Below are positions 11,543 through 25,734 of a stretch of DNA of 64,000 bases, piece after piece (position 1 is the stretch's first letter; every line of letters starts with the position of its first letter). The notes under the pieces are model-generated. The model made no database searches. It was not told the origin of the DNA and worked only from the letters and a program-made list of their open reading frames with translations. The stretch spans positions 2,170,001-2,234,000 of the forward strand of contig NC_081331.1 of NCBI RefSeq assembly GCF_022539665.2, written 5' to 3'. The position numbers were made by a program, and so were the translations under genes. The stretch is from Daphnia carinata (taxonomy: Eukaryota).

Positions 11543-14500
11543 TCATCGGTGATGTGCAGCCGTCAAGAGGAGAGAGATTAGGGCGGCAATCATTACCAGC
11601 GGAGAAGTCATTAAACCTTTGGGGGCGTGATTGTAGGTGGGACAATAGGTGCACTGATAACTGCCGCATACCTGGCAAATGTCCATAACGTAAAGTTCGT
11701 AAGTTTCGACGACCGTTTCGTTGAACCGCTCGGGAGCGTAGTAGTCGTAGACGCGGACGGGCAAGTAGCGAGTCATGTTGGCTACTGGAAGCCAGCGCTC
11801 GAATGTGAATTTGACACAAGTATCATCGCCGTCCAGGGCGTCAAAATAGAAGACGACTTTGTGGTCGAGGAATTTGGCCCGTCGCAGATTGCGGACCTTT
11901 CTAGAGAGGATGTACTCATCCAGCACCTGTTGTTGCATGTAGTAGCCCGTCGGGACGGCCACGTCCAGCACTGCCATGCCAGACTGGTTCGATTCCCGCT
12001 GGTTCGTCCAGCTCGAGCAAATGTCGTACGTGATGTGCGAGTTGTTGCGACCTGAGAAACTTAAGCGAGGCAACACGGAAAAGGCCTTCACCGCCGGCGG
12101 TGTTACGAAACGGTTGACGTCCACGTTGTACTGCAAAGAAAGCTGGGCGATGGCGTAACCGGCACCACGTGCTTGAATCTTGACAGTACCCCAAGCGTTT
12201 GGAATCTCCATAAACTGGGGTGTGGCCAGGTTCTGCTCCGTTATGTACATGGTCCGTTGTAACTGAGGATTTGACGTCGCCTCCACGTGAAGAGTTAGCG
12301 AGGTCACTTCACGAATACGGTGACGTACCGTATATTCAATCAAGGCCTATTAAGCAATATGCAAGAATTAAACTAAATTCTGTGTGTGTGAAAAAAAAAA
12401 AAAAATTATTAATTTATACCTGTGTAGCGATGATGGTATCTTGAGTGGAAGCCCAGCCCCCATCAGTCAACCGGTGCGTATTGAGCCATTTGACGATGGG
12501 TTCAACGAAAAGCTCTTGACGTCCAACATACGTCAGCAAAGCGTAAGCTGTAGTTTCGACATTGGTGGCGTCAAACGGATTAGGCAATCGGGGAAGGAGG
12601 AAAGGCCTTTGATTTTCAAGCCTTTGCGCTGGTAAGGGAACAGGTTCTCGACCCCAATAAATGTAACCACCATCTTCGCGAGCGTGTCGACGCAGAAGGC
12701 CAAAAGCCGCTTCCGCCGACGTACTCTTGGCCAACATCATGGCGTAGGCTACAATAGCCACTTCGTACGGATCACCAGCGCGATCCAGTAAGTTAAGATT
12801 ACGGTCGAGCCAAGAGATAGCGCGGGAACGGGAGACGGCCACTCTTGGGCCTAATTCTCCGGGCAAATCCCGAATGACCGTTAAGGCGATGACGACATGA
12901 GCCGTGAGAGATATGTTGCGATGTCGAATGGGGTCATTGAAGCCCCACGATGTCGTACTGTTCATTTTACGATCGGCGAAACGCGGCGCCACTTCGTAAA
13001 AGGCTCCTTCGGGCGACTGGAACTGGATCATCCAGTCGACCGCCTTTGCAATGACACCCGGATCGATGTACAAATAATTTTCCCACTCGTTGAAATTGGC
13101 TTCGGCCAATATACGGGCGCAGAAGGCCGTTAACCAAACGGATTTGGACGAATATTCCCAATCGGCTCGGAAATACGAAAAGGCGCCGTCTCTGTGCTGG
13201 AACGACAACTGACGTTGATACGCGATATTCAGATGGTAAAACGCCTGCAATACACATCCATCGATTAGAAGGTAATCCTGTTGAATACAAAGAACGAACA
13301 GTCGCTTACCTGACGATCGATTTCACGTTTCCTTTGGGTAGTTAAACGCATATACTTGACGGTGTAAAGATTAGCGGCGAAACTGAACATGTTCTGTTCG
13401 GCGCAATCCATCGGAAGGGTCAAGAGCGAAGTGGCATTAACGGGCATAGTGGGGAAAGCCGGGCCGACGACATCACCGACAACCGAAACTCGGGCTCTGT
13501 TAGAGCCAAAAACGTAGTAACGATCCTTCTCGTACGGAATGATGGGCGTTTCCGTGACGTTGACGTAAACGTATTGCAAGAACCAGGCGCGGTTACTCAA
13601 GTCAAGCATGACGGATGTGTGACGGAACTGCGGCACACCGTCAGCTTCCACTCGGACGCGACGGACGACTTGATCTTTGCGGATCAGCGATTTGGCCTGA
13701 ATAGTGACTTCGATATCGCCAAGTCTCGTTGGCACGATGGGAATATAAACCACCTGTTATACGAAAGGCGTTATTAATTAATGGTAAAAAAAAAAAAAAG
13801 GGAAAATGAAAAGAATTATTAACCTGAGAGCCTTGAGCTGGAATCCAGGTGAGATGCTGCTTTTCACCACGCGACGTTCTGGCTTCGTAAGATTTGACTT
13901 CACCAAACTCTTCGACGTGAACGAATTTGTAGTCGGGCGAATCGGCAAGCGTGACAACAACGTCGGCTTCGATGGTGGCGTAGTTGAAGAGGGTGATCCT
14001 GATACCGACTTGCTCACCTTGGCGACAATTGGTCGGCATTTCAACGTTCATGTAGAACGGCCGGTATCCGGCAAACTCGCGGACGTGCCTGACCAAACCG
14101 AAACCGTTTTTGGGGCTGACGGAAAAAGCCGAAACGACCCAATGAGTCGGAATTTCCGGAATCTGAACGGTAAAGATCGAGTGGCCGTGCGGGCCGATGT
14201 TGATGTCCTTCCACAGCCAAGAGTTCTCGTACATGCGGAGCAGACGATTGATTCGCTTCAAACGGTATTCGGCCAATTCTTGACGCTGATATGATGGACA
14301 ACCTGCTTCGTCAGATCTATCTTCGCAATCGTACTGGCCGTCGCAACGACGGTCCGATCGGTAACAAGATCCAGACATGCAAGCCAAAAGGCCGAGTGTG
14401 ATATTACAGGAATCCGGCCTTCGAATAACGTTGGCGTCGGTGAAGACGACCAAGGAAGCATATTCGAACGTGCGATTAGCATCAATGCCAAAGGTAGAAG

Positions 14501-17435
14501 CTGGATAATTAACCACCGTCTCAGCATCACCTTCGCGGGACGTCCAGTAATGCCTCAATGTTCCGTTAAGAGATTCATCAAATGACGTCATTTTCGTAAT
14601 GACTTCTGCGTAACTCAGTTCATTTCCAGCCTGAAATTTTTCCACATTAATTTGCAAATGAAATGAATATGAAAATTAGAATCTTCGATGATGCCTGCAT
14701 GTTGAAAAATCCCTTGTCGATAGCTGAAATTCCGACGTAGGCGCCAGGATCGCCGAGAACGACAACTTCGACCGTGTCGCCGGTTTTGTCTTTCATCGGG
14801 TTGAGAGTGAGCGTAAAGTTATTCCTGGAAATTCCGTTGACGGGGAAGGTGAGACTGTCGGCGACCACTTCGCCGTACTTGGCTACGTGGTAGATGACAA
14901 CCGTAGCGACTGGAGCCATCTCGGCGCTCAGAGGGATGGCCAGTGTCGTCACACTGGGCGAACTGCCATGAGAGCCCGTCAAAAGAACAATACCCTTGGA
15001 TATGACAATGTAATTGAAGGTCTCGGCGTAAAAGTTGGTCCTCACGTGCAGGATGAGGTATTCACCCACCTGGGAAAATAACATGACATTGTCAATGGAA
15101 TTCAAGAAGAAACAAAACAACGTGAGTGACATACTTTTGGGCCTCTGGTAGATGTGAGAACTTTGATATGTTTATCGCCAATTGAATAGTGAGTAAGGGC
15201 CAGTAATTCGGCAGAGGCCCGCTCTCCGTATCCGTCTTTATAGTTGGCCGTTAGTTTAAGGGCACTGATCTCATTTACTAAATCTTTAACGCGTTTATCG
15301 CCCGTCCCGACATTGCTTCCAGTACTCTGAGCAAGCTCGGACCGTAAATCAATCGTAAACTCCCAAATGCCCGGCTGTTCCGGCAAAGCTTTAGCCTCAC
15401 GGGCTTCTAGCGTGCGGGAAGCGCTCGAACGGAACTGCACCGTCGGCCGGATCTCTAATCGGTCGTATCTAAAACGTTCCGCAGGCAGGATCGATCCGTC
15501 GTGGAAAGACACGGCCAGCTGGAAAGAAAGAAGAAAATGAAAGAAATTTTCAAAATGGGCTTGCCATTATCCCACGGGTTGTTAAACATAGTAATTGCGA
15601 CGTACGAAACAAGTGAAAGGCATGGCCGGCTTGATGACTTGTGGACTTCCGCCAAGAAAGTTGAGCTTCAACGAAGAGTTGTAGATGCGAGCCGTTGAAA
15701 ATCCTTCGACGTAGTCTTCACGGTAGCGATCGCCGACGATGGCCGTAATACGCAATTCAATTCCATCCAGTTTGGGCACCATTCGTTGGAGTTCTGCCAT
15801 GGGGTATTTAAAAGTGTAGAAGCCTCGGAACTGCAACATAAACAAATTTGAATAAGAAAAAAAAAATTGAATGAAACAAGCAAGAGAAACGAGATTCAAC
15901 ATTTCTTTAAAAAAAACTTACATCTCTGAGGACTTCTGATCCCTCGCGGGTGTGTGGAGTGAACCATCCGCCTCGAACTTCCTTGAAGGTGAGATTACGT
16001 TCTATGACCGAGTCGCGAATGCCTGGGCGGCCTACGATCGGCGCGTTCAATCGGAGGGGTTTGAACGTGGCCTTAAGGGTCAGATTGCCTCGGACGGGCG
16101 CGCCGCTCGTGTAATTGGCCATGACAGTTCCATGGATAAAGTCATCCGAATCGAAATAAAAGGCCGGCATGGTGACGTTGACCTCGAATCGCGTCTGGTA
16201 GTATTCCTCAACGTGGAAATGCTCCTCCTCGGTCTGGCCCTGGGCCGTCACGCGGATCGTCCACTCGCCGAAGGTGGGCTGGTCAGACAGGGCGTAGTCC
16301 AGGCTGACGGCACCAAAGTTGGACTGCGGAAGGCATGAAAAGAATGGAAATGATCCAACGATGATGATGACGATAATTCATGTTGATTATTGTATTGTTA
16401 CCTGTCGAGAGAGCCAACGGCGTACGACGAACCCGCGGGGGTCAATCATGTACACGTCGACGGCATCATCGAACGCACGCAACTCCGTGTTGATCGGTAT
16501 CGTCCGGAACCTCACTATTATTGCACAAACGAATGGGAAAAAATCATTAACCAGATATACGAACAATGTCCAAAATGGCGACTACAAAAACCTCAAAATT
16601 TCCCTTTTCTATGTTGTATCGACAATCATGTAATTTGTATGAATCGTTGAAATGTTGCGTGATTTACCGATTTGGCTCTGGTGGTAGACGGGTTTTTCCG
16701 TTTGAATGAAAATCGTCATGGAACGTTGTGAAAAGTTGAGAATGGTTTCGTTGAGGAAGGCGGTGCCGCCCAGGGCTCGATCCGTGTTTCCTTCGACGCG
16801 GAGTCGGTACTGGCCTGGAACCGTTGTGCTCGGTATCTGTAGCGCCACGAACGGAATAACACACAGAGAAAAGGACATTAATATTTCATTGTTATGACTT
16901 CATTTTTACAAAAGAGAAAAAGAAAGCAAATGAAAACAAACTTTAATGAGAAGAGTTTCCGGAATGCCCGGCTTGCACTCTTGCGTGGCCGAGCCAATGT
17001 CCACGCCATTACGTAAAATGGAGGCACGGACCGACAGGGTGATCGGCGAGCTCAAAATCGAGACGGCAACTCGATAAATTTGGCTGGGCCGAACGATCCG
17101 ACTGGCCACGATGAAGTAAGTCCTTAAAACAAAACAAAACAACACAATGGCGAGGTATTAGTTTACACGGTGCAACTCAATTTTCCTGGTTTACAACTTA
17201 AACGATCATCTTACGGTTCTTCAAAGATAGCGTTTGTGTTGTCCCCAACGCCAAAAGGCCGGCGGGCGAACGGGTCAATATTGTTATTAAACAGATTTGG
17301 CCTTTGATTGTTGTCTCTGCTGGTATCCTGAAAGTTGATACGAGTCGGTTGCGTCGGGGCGCTCTGTTGGGCGGCTGTCGAATCCAGCAAAAGTAAAACA
17401 AAAAGGGACGATGCGGCACCGAAGAAAGGCTTCAT
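11543..17435 (-). CDS. Mcr: Macroglobulin complement-related protein (Mcr/TEP6-type thioester protein with internal LDLa repeat), ~13 exons
   Basis: Signal peptide MKPFFGAASSLFVLLLL; A2M MG domains (IFIQTEKPVY, FHVEEYYQTRFEV, SWLWKD, PFYMNVEMP); LDLa CMSGSCYRSDRRCDGQYDCEDRSDEAGC; thioester-domain motifs PMDCAEQNM, SVWLTAF, VETTAYALL, GGWASTQDT; receptor-binding domain SGMAVLDVAVPTGY, VRVYDYYAPE; C-terminal hydrophobic tail. Confidence 0.93.
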
Positions 17436-20400
17436 TGTTCCAAGAAATATTTATTTATGTTTAGCTGCTTTTTTCTTGGAGAATGGCGAGATCTATGCTT
17501 CTATCGCATCACTGGACAGCACACGCCTGTTAGAAAAGAAAAATCAAAACCAACAAAAATGTTAAGCTGTGTGGATTGACCCCGGTTCGCCATAAAAAAT
17601 ATTTAAAAAAAGAACGGGAACCAAACTAGAAAAAAAATAGAGAAGGATAAATAACCGGGAGAAACATGACACCAACAAATCCCAAGCCGGAAACGGAACT
17701 GTGGGGAGTCTTGTACGTTCGCTTATGATTCCCATGGCGTTATTATACGGGACAAGCCAAGAGAGAGTGATTCCATTCATAACTTCTTTTTTTTTTTCAT
17801 CATTGTTATAACATACCAGCAGCCGTGTTCCAAAAAAAAAAAGATGAACTGCGGCTATTACAGCCGCCTACATTCTATTGTACAGAAAACCTCTTTTCAA
17901 TTTCCACAAGGGAAAATATGGTTGCGGATGTAATCCAACCGGGATTGATGACAACAACATGAGAAATTCTCAATGAGCTTGGAGAAAAGTTGACATTTTA
18001 AGAAACAGTTTTTTTTTCCCGAGATTTTCGTGAATTTACTAGGCGCACGGGTTAGATTACATGGGATAAGATGGTATGCTAATCGCTTCGATTTCTAAAT
18101 GTCATTCCCTTTTTAGTATGCTAACCAAGCAGAGAAGAGGGAAGAATAACAATTCGAGTGATCCGTCTCTCTCGCCTGATGTAGAGACGGCCAGAACATT
18201 TACATTTTCTTTAGATAAACAAAAAATGAAATAGTCTTTTGTGTACGACGTGAGGGGGGAAAGAAAAAAGAAAACACACACGCTCCATCGAGTAAGGTCA
18301 CACTCGAGATTTATCTACGAAAATGCAGTGCCAGGGTGAACAAAAAAAATAATACTAGCGTCGAACTTTGTATTTATTTTTAAATATTGTTCCAGCAGCT
18401 GCCTAACTCAATGTTGGCCTTTTTTAATCTTCCATGGTAAGGGGTCCGGCATATGTTTTAACAGTGGGACGCATCCCCTCTTCACCACCACACTACCTTT
18501 CTGAAAAAATAGCAATGATTTCCGGAGTCTTTGTACTTCTGTTAAAAACGTCTATATTTATCCCGAACGGCGTGACCCTTTCGACCTCTTAAAAGCGTCT
18601 AATAACATTTTTTTCTCTTGTTTTAGTTGTATTTAATATTTTCGCCCGTTTACTCTCCCAGAAGAAGAAGAAGAAAAAAAAAAAAAATAATAACAAGAGA
18701 AAGATGAGGGGAACGTCATCCGCAAACACGCAGAGTTGACATGACAGGCTTCGTGATTTTTTTCCCCAAAAAATAGGGGAGCCTCTTCATATGATGCCTG
18801 TCAATGAACACACACGCGCGTCGCGCGATTGGATTACAGCAAATAAATCTCCCCCTCTTCACTGAAGAATGATAATGATGATGATGCAAAAATCAATCAT
18901 TACGTTCCATACAGAATCGGGAGAGAGGAAATAGGGGGAGAAAAAATCATTTCTGTCCGCATCTTACATTTGATATACGTATTCCCTGAATGCTTCGTCG
19001 AGTGTACAAAAGACTTTCCCAAAAACGAATAACACTACCGGCCGTCGCAATGGTCGATAATAGAGCACTTTTGATTTATGTTTTGTTCTGAAAACACCGG
19101 CCATTTGTCTACGCAATATGGCGTTAGTTTCTGTCAGGGCACGCGTGCAAGAGCCGGAAGCCGTCATTACCTTTCTACCTTTTAAATAACAGAAAATAAA
19201 AAAAAATATATACAAATAGAAGAAAGAAAAACTCTACTGGAGTTACCGAAGTCATAAACGGCTGTTTTAAACGGAGTTAGAATTCTCTGAAAGTCATTTA
19301 GAAAAAGGTACACGAAAAAAAAAATGCTTTGATTGGGCCATATAGTCGACGTTAATTCTATCTTTGTTGATACAGGAAACCTGCACCGTATGACGTTACA
19401 ACAAAAGAAAGAAAAGAGAGAAAAAAAAATATGTTTTTGTCGGAATGACGGGAAATTACCGGCTCGACGATGACCGGACGCACTATCGTAAATAAGCGGC
19501 AGAAACGCACACTGGATAGCGACGCACCTCCTAACACAAAACCTTATAAAATCCCGTCCGCACCTTGTGACACGAGCCCGTTGATGATTGAACACTCCTG
19601 TCACTGTCGTTGTCAACAAAATTCCATTACATTCAACACTTGACAGTTCTATCCGCTATTTTTACAATGACAAACGAAAATACTACGAAGAAAGTCTTTT
19701 TTTTTTTTAAAGAGGAGCACCAGAAGAGAACACAAATCCCAGCTGTAATACACACAAAAAAAACTATGACACATACAAAACTCTTGTGAACTTTACGGGA
19801 GACCGACTTTAGAGCAACTGCAGCTGGCAGCGTACAACACGGCATACCCAACACGGACCAGGCTGGCCCGGCGATATTAGGGGAGGAGCTGTTGATGGTC
19901 TTATACTTTTATAGTAGTAGCTTCCACTACTGTCTCTATACAGACTGTGTGAAAAAATAGGGTGTTCTCTTGTGTGTTTGAGATAACAAAAGACTTCCAA
20001 TAGCTTCGAAGGGGAACGTAAAACCGTATATCCGTATCGAGAGAGGGAAAAAATACGTTAGGAAAAGCTATTACGATAAAAAAAATGTACGAAAATCACA
20101 GTCAAGTGATCACACACACAAGTCGAGAAGGTAAACCGTTTTCCAAAAAAATATTGAATAGAGCGCATAAATTACTATTTACCTGACGGATGGAAGAGAA
20201 AAGGAGCTCATAAGGGACCCATCGCGCTACATTAGATTCAAAAGCGTCAATAGTCGCCTCGCATAGATACATAGATTGACTTAACAATTCCGTTTAAAAT
20301 GCCCGGCACGCTACTGTTTTCCATTTTCCAAAATCTGTTGGGGTTATATATTTTTTCCGGGAGTTCCAGGACATGGTAAAATGAAACTTTTAGGAACAAC

Positions 20401-22198
20401 AAGGGAGTCGTAACATTTGAAAGTGGAGAAAAATTCTTCCGCAAAATCCTCTGGAGACGAGCGCGTTTCCAGCGGGCCTCTCATTCCACATCGGTCCAAT
20501 CGTGGGAGCAATAGCGTTCCAGGAAAAAAAAAGATAACAAAGAACAAAAAAAGAAAAGCCATTTCCTGCTGTTTTCATTTAGTGCAGTTCAAATACTTGT
20601 GTTCTCTCACGAAAAGCTCTTGAAAAGAAAACGGAATGGGAAATCGAGTGTTGCATAGAAGTGCGTCCCCCTGCCAACAAAACACGCCAAATTGCTGACA
20701 ACTTCTTGATTGTTTTACACCATCCGTGTCGCTCCTCTCCTCACGTCTGGTGTTTTCGAAAGACATCTGGAACACATACTCCAGAGTGCTAGCTAATGAC
20801 GGAAATAACAATAGTGGCACGCGACATCCACGTTAAACATCACAAAAGTCTTTTTTTCTCCCCCGATGATGACTTTGTCCCTGTCAACACCCACAACACA
20901 CAAAAAATGACACGTCTTTGTCACAACGAGTAGCGACAGATGGGCATGAATGATCAGATAGAATTTTTCTTCATATAGGACAAAAAAAAGGGGTTACAAC
21001 GGCTGTTTTGGAACAAACATCTACTTCCAATCTACTGGATGTATGTTTCAGCATCTGGCGCGATATTTCGCCAGATCATCAAATCATTCATCGACGAGAC
21101 GATCAAAGTGTCGATCCCACGGGTCCGTGACCGATGACAACAACGTCCCCATTTGCTCATTCCCAGTCGACTATAGAGACGACAATAGGGGTGAAGAGCC
21201 GTACATGATGTCCGTTACGATGTGACCTGAACAATACACGCTTGACCCTCCCTTACCACTAGCTTGAATTTCAACCCCAAACAGGGTGCGTGGGAGGGTA
21301 CTTCATCCGCGACGGATTACCCTCAGTACCAGCAGCATAAAAAGTAGTAGTGATAGGCTCGTTCTTCACTTCTACTCGAGTGGATGAGTGTCCGAATCGT
21401 TTTTAGGAACGAAAAAAAAGAGATCAATAGAGACATCTGTCCAGGGATCCCTGCGTTTCACCTTAATTTTCGATGTTTGTCTCCCATCAAGAAACGTATT
21501 GATTGGGGGCCAAAAGTGTACGCTAAACACGCGAGACAGTGCTTAGTCGTCGTAACCCATCTGCTGATGTATTTAAAACGTTCAGTTCAGCAGGATCAGC
21601 ACGCAATGTGAAGCATTGCACAATAACACGCTCCTATAATTTCCCGCCCATCGAAAAAAGGGGAAAAAAACATACAAGTCCAGCTATTTATAGGGGACGA
21701 TAAATGATGACAGAGCACCTAGAAAACTAGACTTCATATTGAGAAGGATTATGCTCAATACTCATCGCATTTATCGGTTATAATTGGAAGGCGATGGATG
21801 AAAGATTAGTATTAACGTTATTTTACGTTGGAAACCTGACCGCAGCCAAATTCTTCACATAAACTCACGCGTACTAGGATTCACAATTTGGTACAAGACA
21901 CAAAAATACAATGCCACTTATAAGGATTCTTCGTTCTAAGTGATCAATGTTTCTATCACTACCTTCTTCCAAAACAACAACGTAAGGATTCGCCATCGAA
22001 AAATAAACGATGCTGAAATTTCACGGAAATTTCGCCACAAAATTTTGGAATAAATAACATGTGTTGAAAAAAGAACTGTTTTCTAGTTACTAGTTAAACA
22101 AAATGCAAAACTAACCCGAAATTTAGGCCTTTGAAATGTTGAGAAGAAAACAATGTCGTGGAACACGGCGTGGTTAGCTATTTCAGGGTGGGGCCCTC

Positions 22199-22217
22199 CA
22201 CACACACACACACACAC
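22199..22217. repeat. (CA)n microsatellite
   Basis: Run cacacacacacacacacac seen directly. Confidence 0.9.
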
Positions 22218-22777
22218 TTGCACACACCCCAATGTCTTAGAAATTGAGGAATGCCTTTAAGAAATTATGTACAAAACTGAAATTTGATCACGTTGGCATT
22301 GCACTAACACGTTGTCGAGTACCAAACGATTAATTGGTGAAAAGGTAAAAAAAAAAATGCAACTCAGACTGCTAGATATCGGCAAACTGTACACAACAAT
22401 CAGACTTGAAGCGTCAACAGTTACAAACTTTTTCAAACCAGTCTCTAAGGCTACCTGCAGAACCTGGTTAGACTCAGGTGATGCCCACCCCTCTTGTCAC
22501 AGGTGGCTCTAGGCGGAATTAAAGAAGAAAACCAATGCCACCTAGGGTTCACTGGAGTAACTTGTCACCATCTAGCGGCAACCATAACCACTATACTAGA
22601 TGCAATGCAACTCCCTACAGACAAAACTATGGGAAAGACAGACAGCAAGATTTCTTGTTGAGACAACAATCTTGTTATTGATTTCAATTAAGCGAGTTAA
22701 CAGCTTTTGGGACACTCAGATTAAGTATCAGGCGCTGCCTGGAAGTTCGTCGTCTTAGTGCAGAACGATAATTCAGC

Positions 22778-24468
22778 ATGGATTCGTACGTTAGCTCGCA
22801 TTTGCAAAAGGTGAAATCGGCATCAGTGACGATGTCGCAACTCGGAAAAAATGATTTTGATTGATCTCCATCTATTTTTAGTATTATAAAAACCCGGATA
22901 AAACCAAACGGGATGTACAGAACTTGCTTCAACACTATAGAGGCCTACAGCCTAAAGTGGAAACTTTTGGTAACATATTGCATGCTGGTGTCTTCTGTCA
23001 CTTTCAGTAAATTATATTTATCTGTTTTGACAGTTTTTAATGATGGTGCATCAAAACAGCTCCTGTGTCTCGGTGGAACAATTCCTGTTCATTACAAAGG
23101 TATTTTAATATCCAGTTCACCAGAGTAAAGAACGAAATGCATGGTAATTATTCTTTAGGAAGTGACTACAACATTCCTGTTGCTCTTTGGTTGTTGGAGA
23201 CCCATCCAATCAATGCCCCTATGGTCTTTGTCCGACCAACATCTGACATGAGACTGAGGATTTCCAAGCATGTGGACCACAATGGAAAAGTCTACATGCC
23301 TTATCTCCATGTTTGGTCAGCGGTAAGTTCTTAAAGACCTAAAAAAAAAAAAAAAAATTTTTATTACTAATTACTTTGCACATAGAATGAGTCAGATCTT
23401 GTTGCACTTGTACAAGTAATGATAATCATCTTCGGAGAACAGCCACCTGTGTATTCAGTAGCTGGACAACCCCAGACAAATCCCACAGCAGGATATCCAG
23501 GATCTTTGGCAGGTGGTAGTGTTTTTCTTCTACCTTGAGAAACTACTCACATTGTCTAAATCTATAGGTTATCCCCCGTACCCGACATCTGCCACTGCTT
23601 ACCCTCCTGCGACTCCGTATCCGCCATATCCTCCGGTGAATGGACCAAGCTCGAACTACCCAGCTTATTCAGGCGCATATCCGCCATATCCTGCTACTCC
23701 AGGGGCGATCACCGCTTCAGTATACCCACCGTATCCAACTTCAACTGGTGTACCAAGTACGCAGTCCACTGGAACCATCTCTGAAGATCATATCCGAGCC
23801 TCTTTGCTTTCAGCAGTTGAGGACAAGGTATACATAATCGGCTGATCGAATCATGGTAAAAATTTTATGTTTTTATCGTTCTCTAGGTTCGAAGACGTCT
23901 TAGTGAAATATTTGCCCAAGCTCAGGCTGAAATTGAGACGCTCAAAAAGACAGAAAATGAATTGCGGATGGGTCAAAGTAAACTAGAAGACTTGGGTAGA
24001 CGGTTGGACCAAGAACAGGTAACACTGAAATGAATAGTATTTGTTAGCGAACATTCAAAGGAATTACATTGATGAAATCAAGAGCGAAGTTGAACGTAGC
24101 ATCGCATCGCTTAGAGAGCGACATGCTGAACTGGAGGATTCCTTAGGAAAACTCAAGTCGCAAGATGCAAATTTCGACGTTGATGAAGCCGTCGTCACTA
24201 CGGCACCAATTTACAGACAGTGAGTTTCAATTTCAGGATTTTATTTTATTCATTATTTATATTAAAATCGAATTCATATAGACTACTCAATGCCTATGCC
24301 GAGGAAGCCGCAACAGAGGATGCTATTTACTATTTGGGAGAAGGCTTGAGGCGAGGTGTCATTGAATTGGACGTTTTTCTCAAAAATGTCCGTTCTCTTT
24401 CGCGTAAGCAGTTCATGTTGCGCGCGCTGATGGAACGGTGCCGACAACAAGCTGGATTATCTGCTTGA
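22778..24468 (+). CDS. TSG101: Tumor susceptibility gene 101 protein (ESCRT-I Vps23), multi-exon
   Basis: UEV domain (LCLGGTIPVHYKG, YNIPVALWLLETHPINAPMVFVRPT, HVDHNGKVYMPYLHVW), Pro/Tyr-rich linker, GTISEDHIRASLLSAVEDK, coiled coil, and steadiness box LLNAYAEEAATEDAIYYLGEGLRRGVIELDVFLKNVRSLSRKQF. Confidence 0.95.
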
Positions 24469-24789
24469 ACAATGTGGTTATTCAACATGACTATTATTAC
24501 TCCTAGTTTTAATGATCTTGGTTTTTCTGCCTTTGAAATTCATCAAATTTGATTTTGTTCTAAATACATTGTTAGCCCTGAATTTTTCCTTTATATTACT
24601 ATTATTTACTAACAGTTTAGACGTTTTTAAATATTGATTAATATAAATCATAAATTGATTAAAATCTTGTACCCTAACAATTGTTTAAGTTGCATGTTAA
24701 TTGTATAATTTTATGAAATATTGAAGACAATCAATTCAGGCACAAGTACTGTGTATTCAGTTTCCATCTTAAACAGTACAAAACCCGTT

Positions 24790-25532
24790 TTATTCCTTAT
24801 CTACCGCTGATTTTTCGGAGACGTAGATACCGTCAAGGAATTTTCGGATGTCCTTGTTCTTGACCTTAACACACTGTTGGATGAAAGCAGCTGTAAAGAG
24901 AAATACATTAGAATTTGTTAAGACATGGGTTGTTGCTAAAAATTTACCTGATTGGGAGACAGCTTCAATGTCATTTCCCTGGAGTATCAGCTCATCTTTT
25001 TGGCCAGCAGAGTTAACTACTGTAACTCCCTTCATCATCTTTACTTTTCTGATGAACTTTTCACCCAAGAAGTTACGGATTTCAATGACGGTGTTGTTCT
25101 CAGATGTGACACAGTTGATGGGGAAGTGAGCATAGACAGCACGCATCTTGTACTCGAAACCCTATAAATGTCAATTCCAGTTAACAGATCTGTCATTCGC
25201 AATTTTAGTTCCAAATCCTACCTTGGTTACTCCTCTGATCATGTTAGAGACATGAGAGCAGACAGTTCTGACGGCAGCGATCTCCTTCTTCTTACCAAAC
25301 CATTTGTTAACCTGGAGTTCATCTTTGGCGATCATCTGCGAATGGCAAACCTTTAGAATCCGGCATACCATAGTGACCAAACGGCATTGTTTACCTGCAT
25401 GTCAAGTGCCAAGTGTTTGAAGTCGCGCATCAACTTGCCGCGCGGTCCGACGACGGTAACTCGCCTGGCATTTACTTTAACAGTAACACCTTCCGGTACT
25501 TTGACGGTCTGGGACACCAAAATCTGCTTCAT
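24790..25532 (-). CDS. RpL9: 60S ribosomal protein L9 (uL6), coding exons 25395-25532, 25222-25335, 24948-25161, 24790-24890
   Basis: [71 protein letters not shown] and [22 protein letters not shown] introns in frame. Confidence 0.97.
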
Positions 25533-25726
25533 CTTAGCGGCCTGGTGGAACAAATATACAAAATTAAACAAAGATTGGGAACATTTCTAGGTAAAATAAT
25601 GTAAACTACAACAAATATAAGTTTCTAGAGAAACTATTGCTTACTAGAAAAACCGTAAAGTTCACCAGATGAATAACGATAAATAACTATACATACCTTG
25701 GGTTGCCTCCACGAAAATCGCCAACC

Positions 25727-25734
25727 AAAAAGAA
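25727..25734 (-). promoter_or_regulatory. TCT core promoter / 5'TOP start of RpL9 (predicted +1 C at 25732; non-coding exon 1 ~25697-25732)
   Basis: Minus strand TTCTTTTT matches the YYC(+1)TTTYY TCT motif of ribosomal protein genes. It is followed 36 nt later by the donor AAG|GTATGT, and the intron ends at CAG just before the ATG. Confidence 0.7.

Noticed and set aside
11627..16633. Many long plus-strand and alternate-frame ORFs over Mcr (e.g. 11627..12055, 13806..14294, 15952..16338)
   Set aside because: Shadow ORFs from the GC-rich codon usage of Mcr exons; no recognisable domains.
17562..22512. Short ORFs upstream of the Mcr ATG
   Set aside because: Low-complexity F/K-rich translations of A/T tracts; more likely Mcr 5' intron or regulatory DNA.
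22537..22583. CTCF-like (CCATCTAGCGGC) and GGCAAC motifs upstream of TSG101, with similar ones near 41088 and 35422
   Set aside because: Plausible housekeeping promoter motifs, but too short and degenerate to support without ChIP or enrichment data.
25543..25696. RpL9 intron 1 as a snoRNA host
   Set aside because: No convincing C/D box pair or H/ACA double hairpin found by eye.
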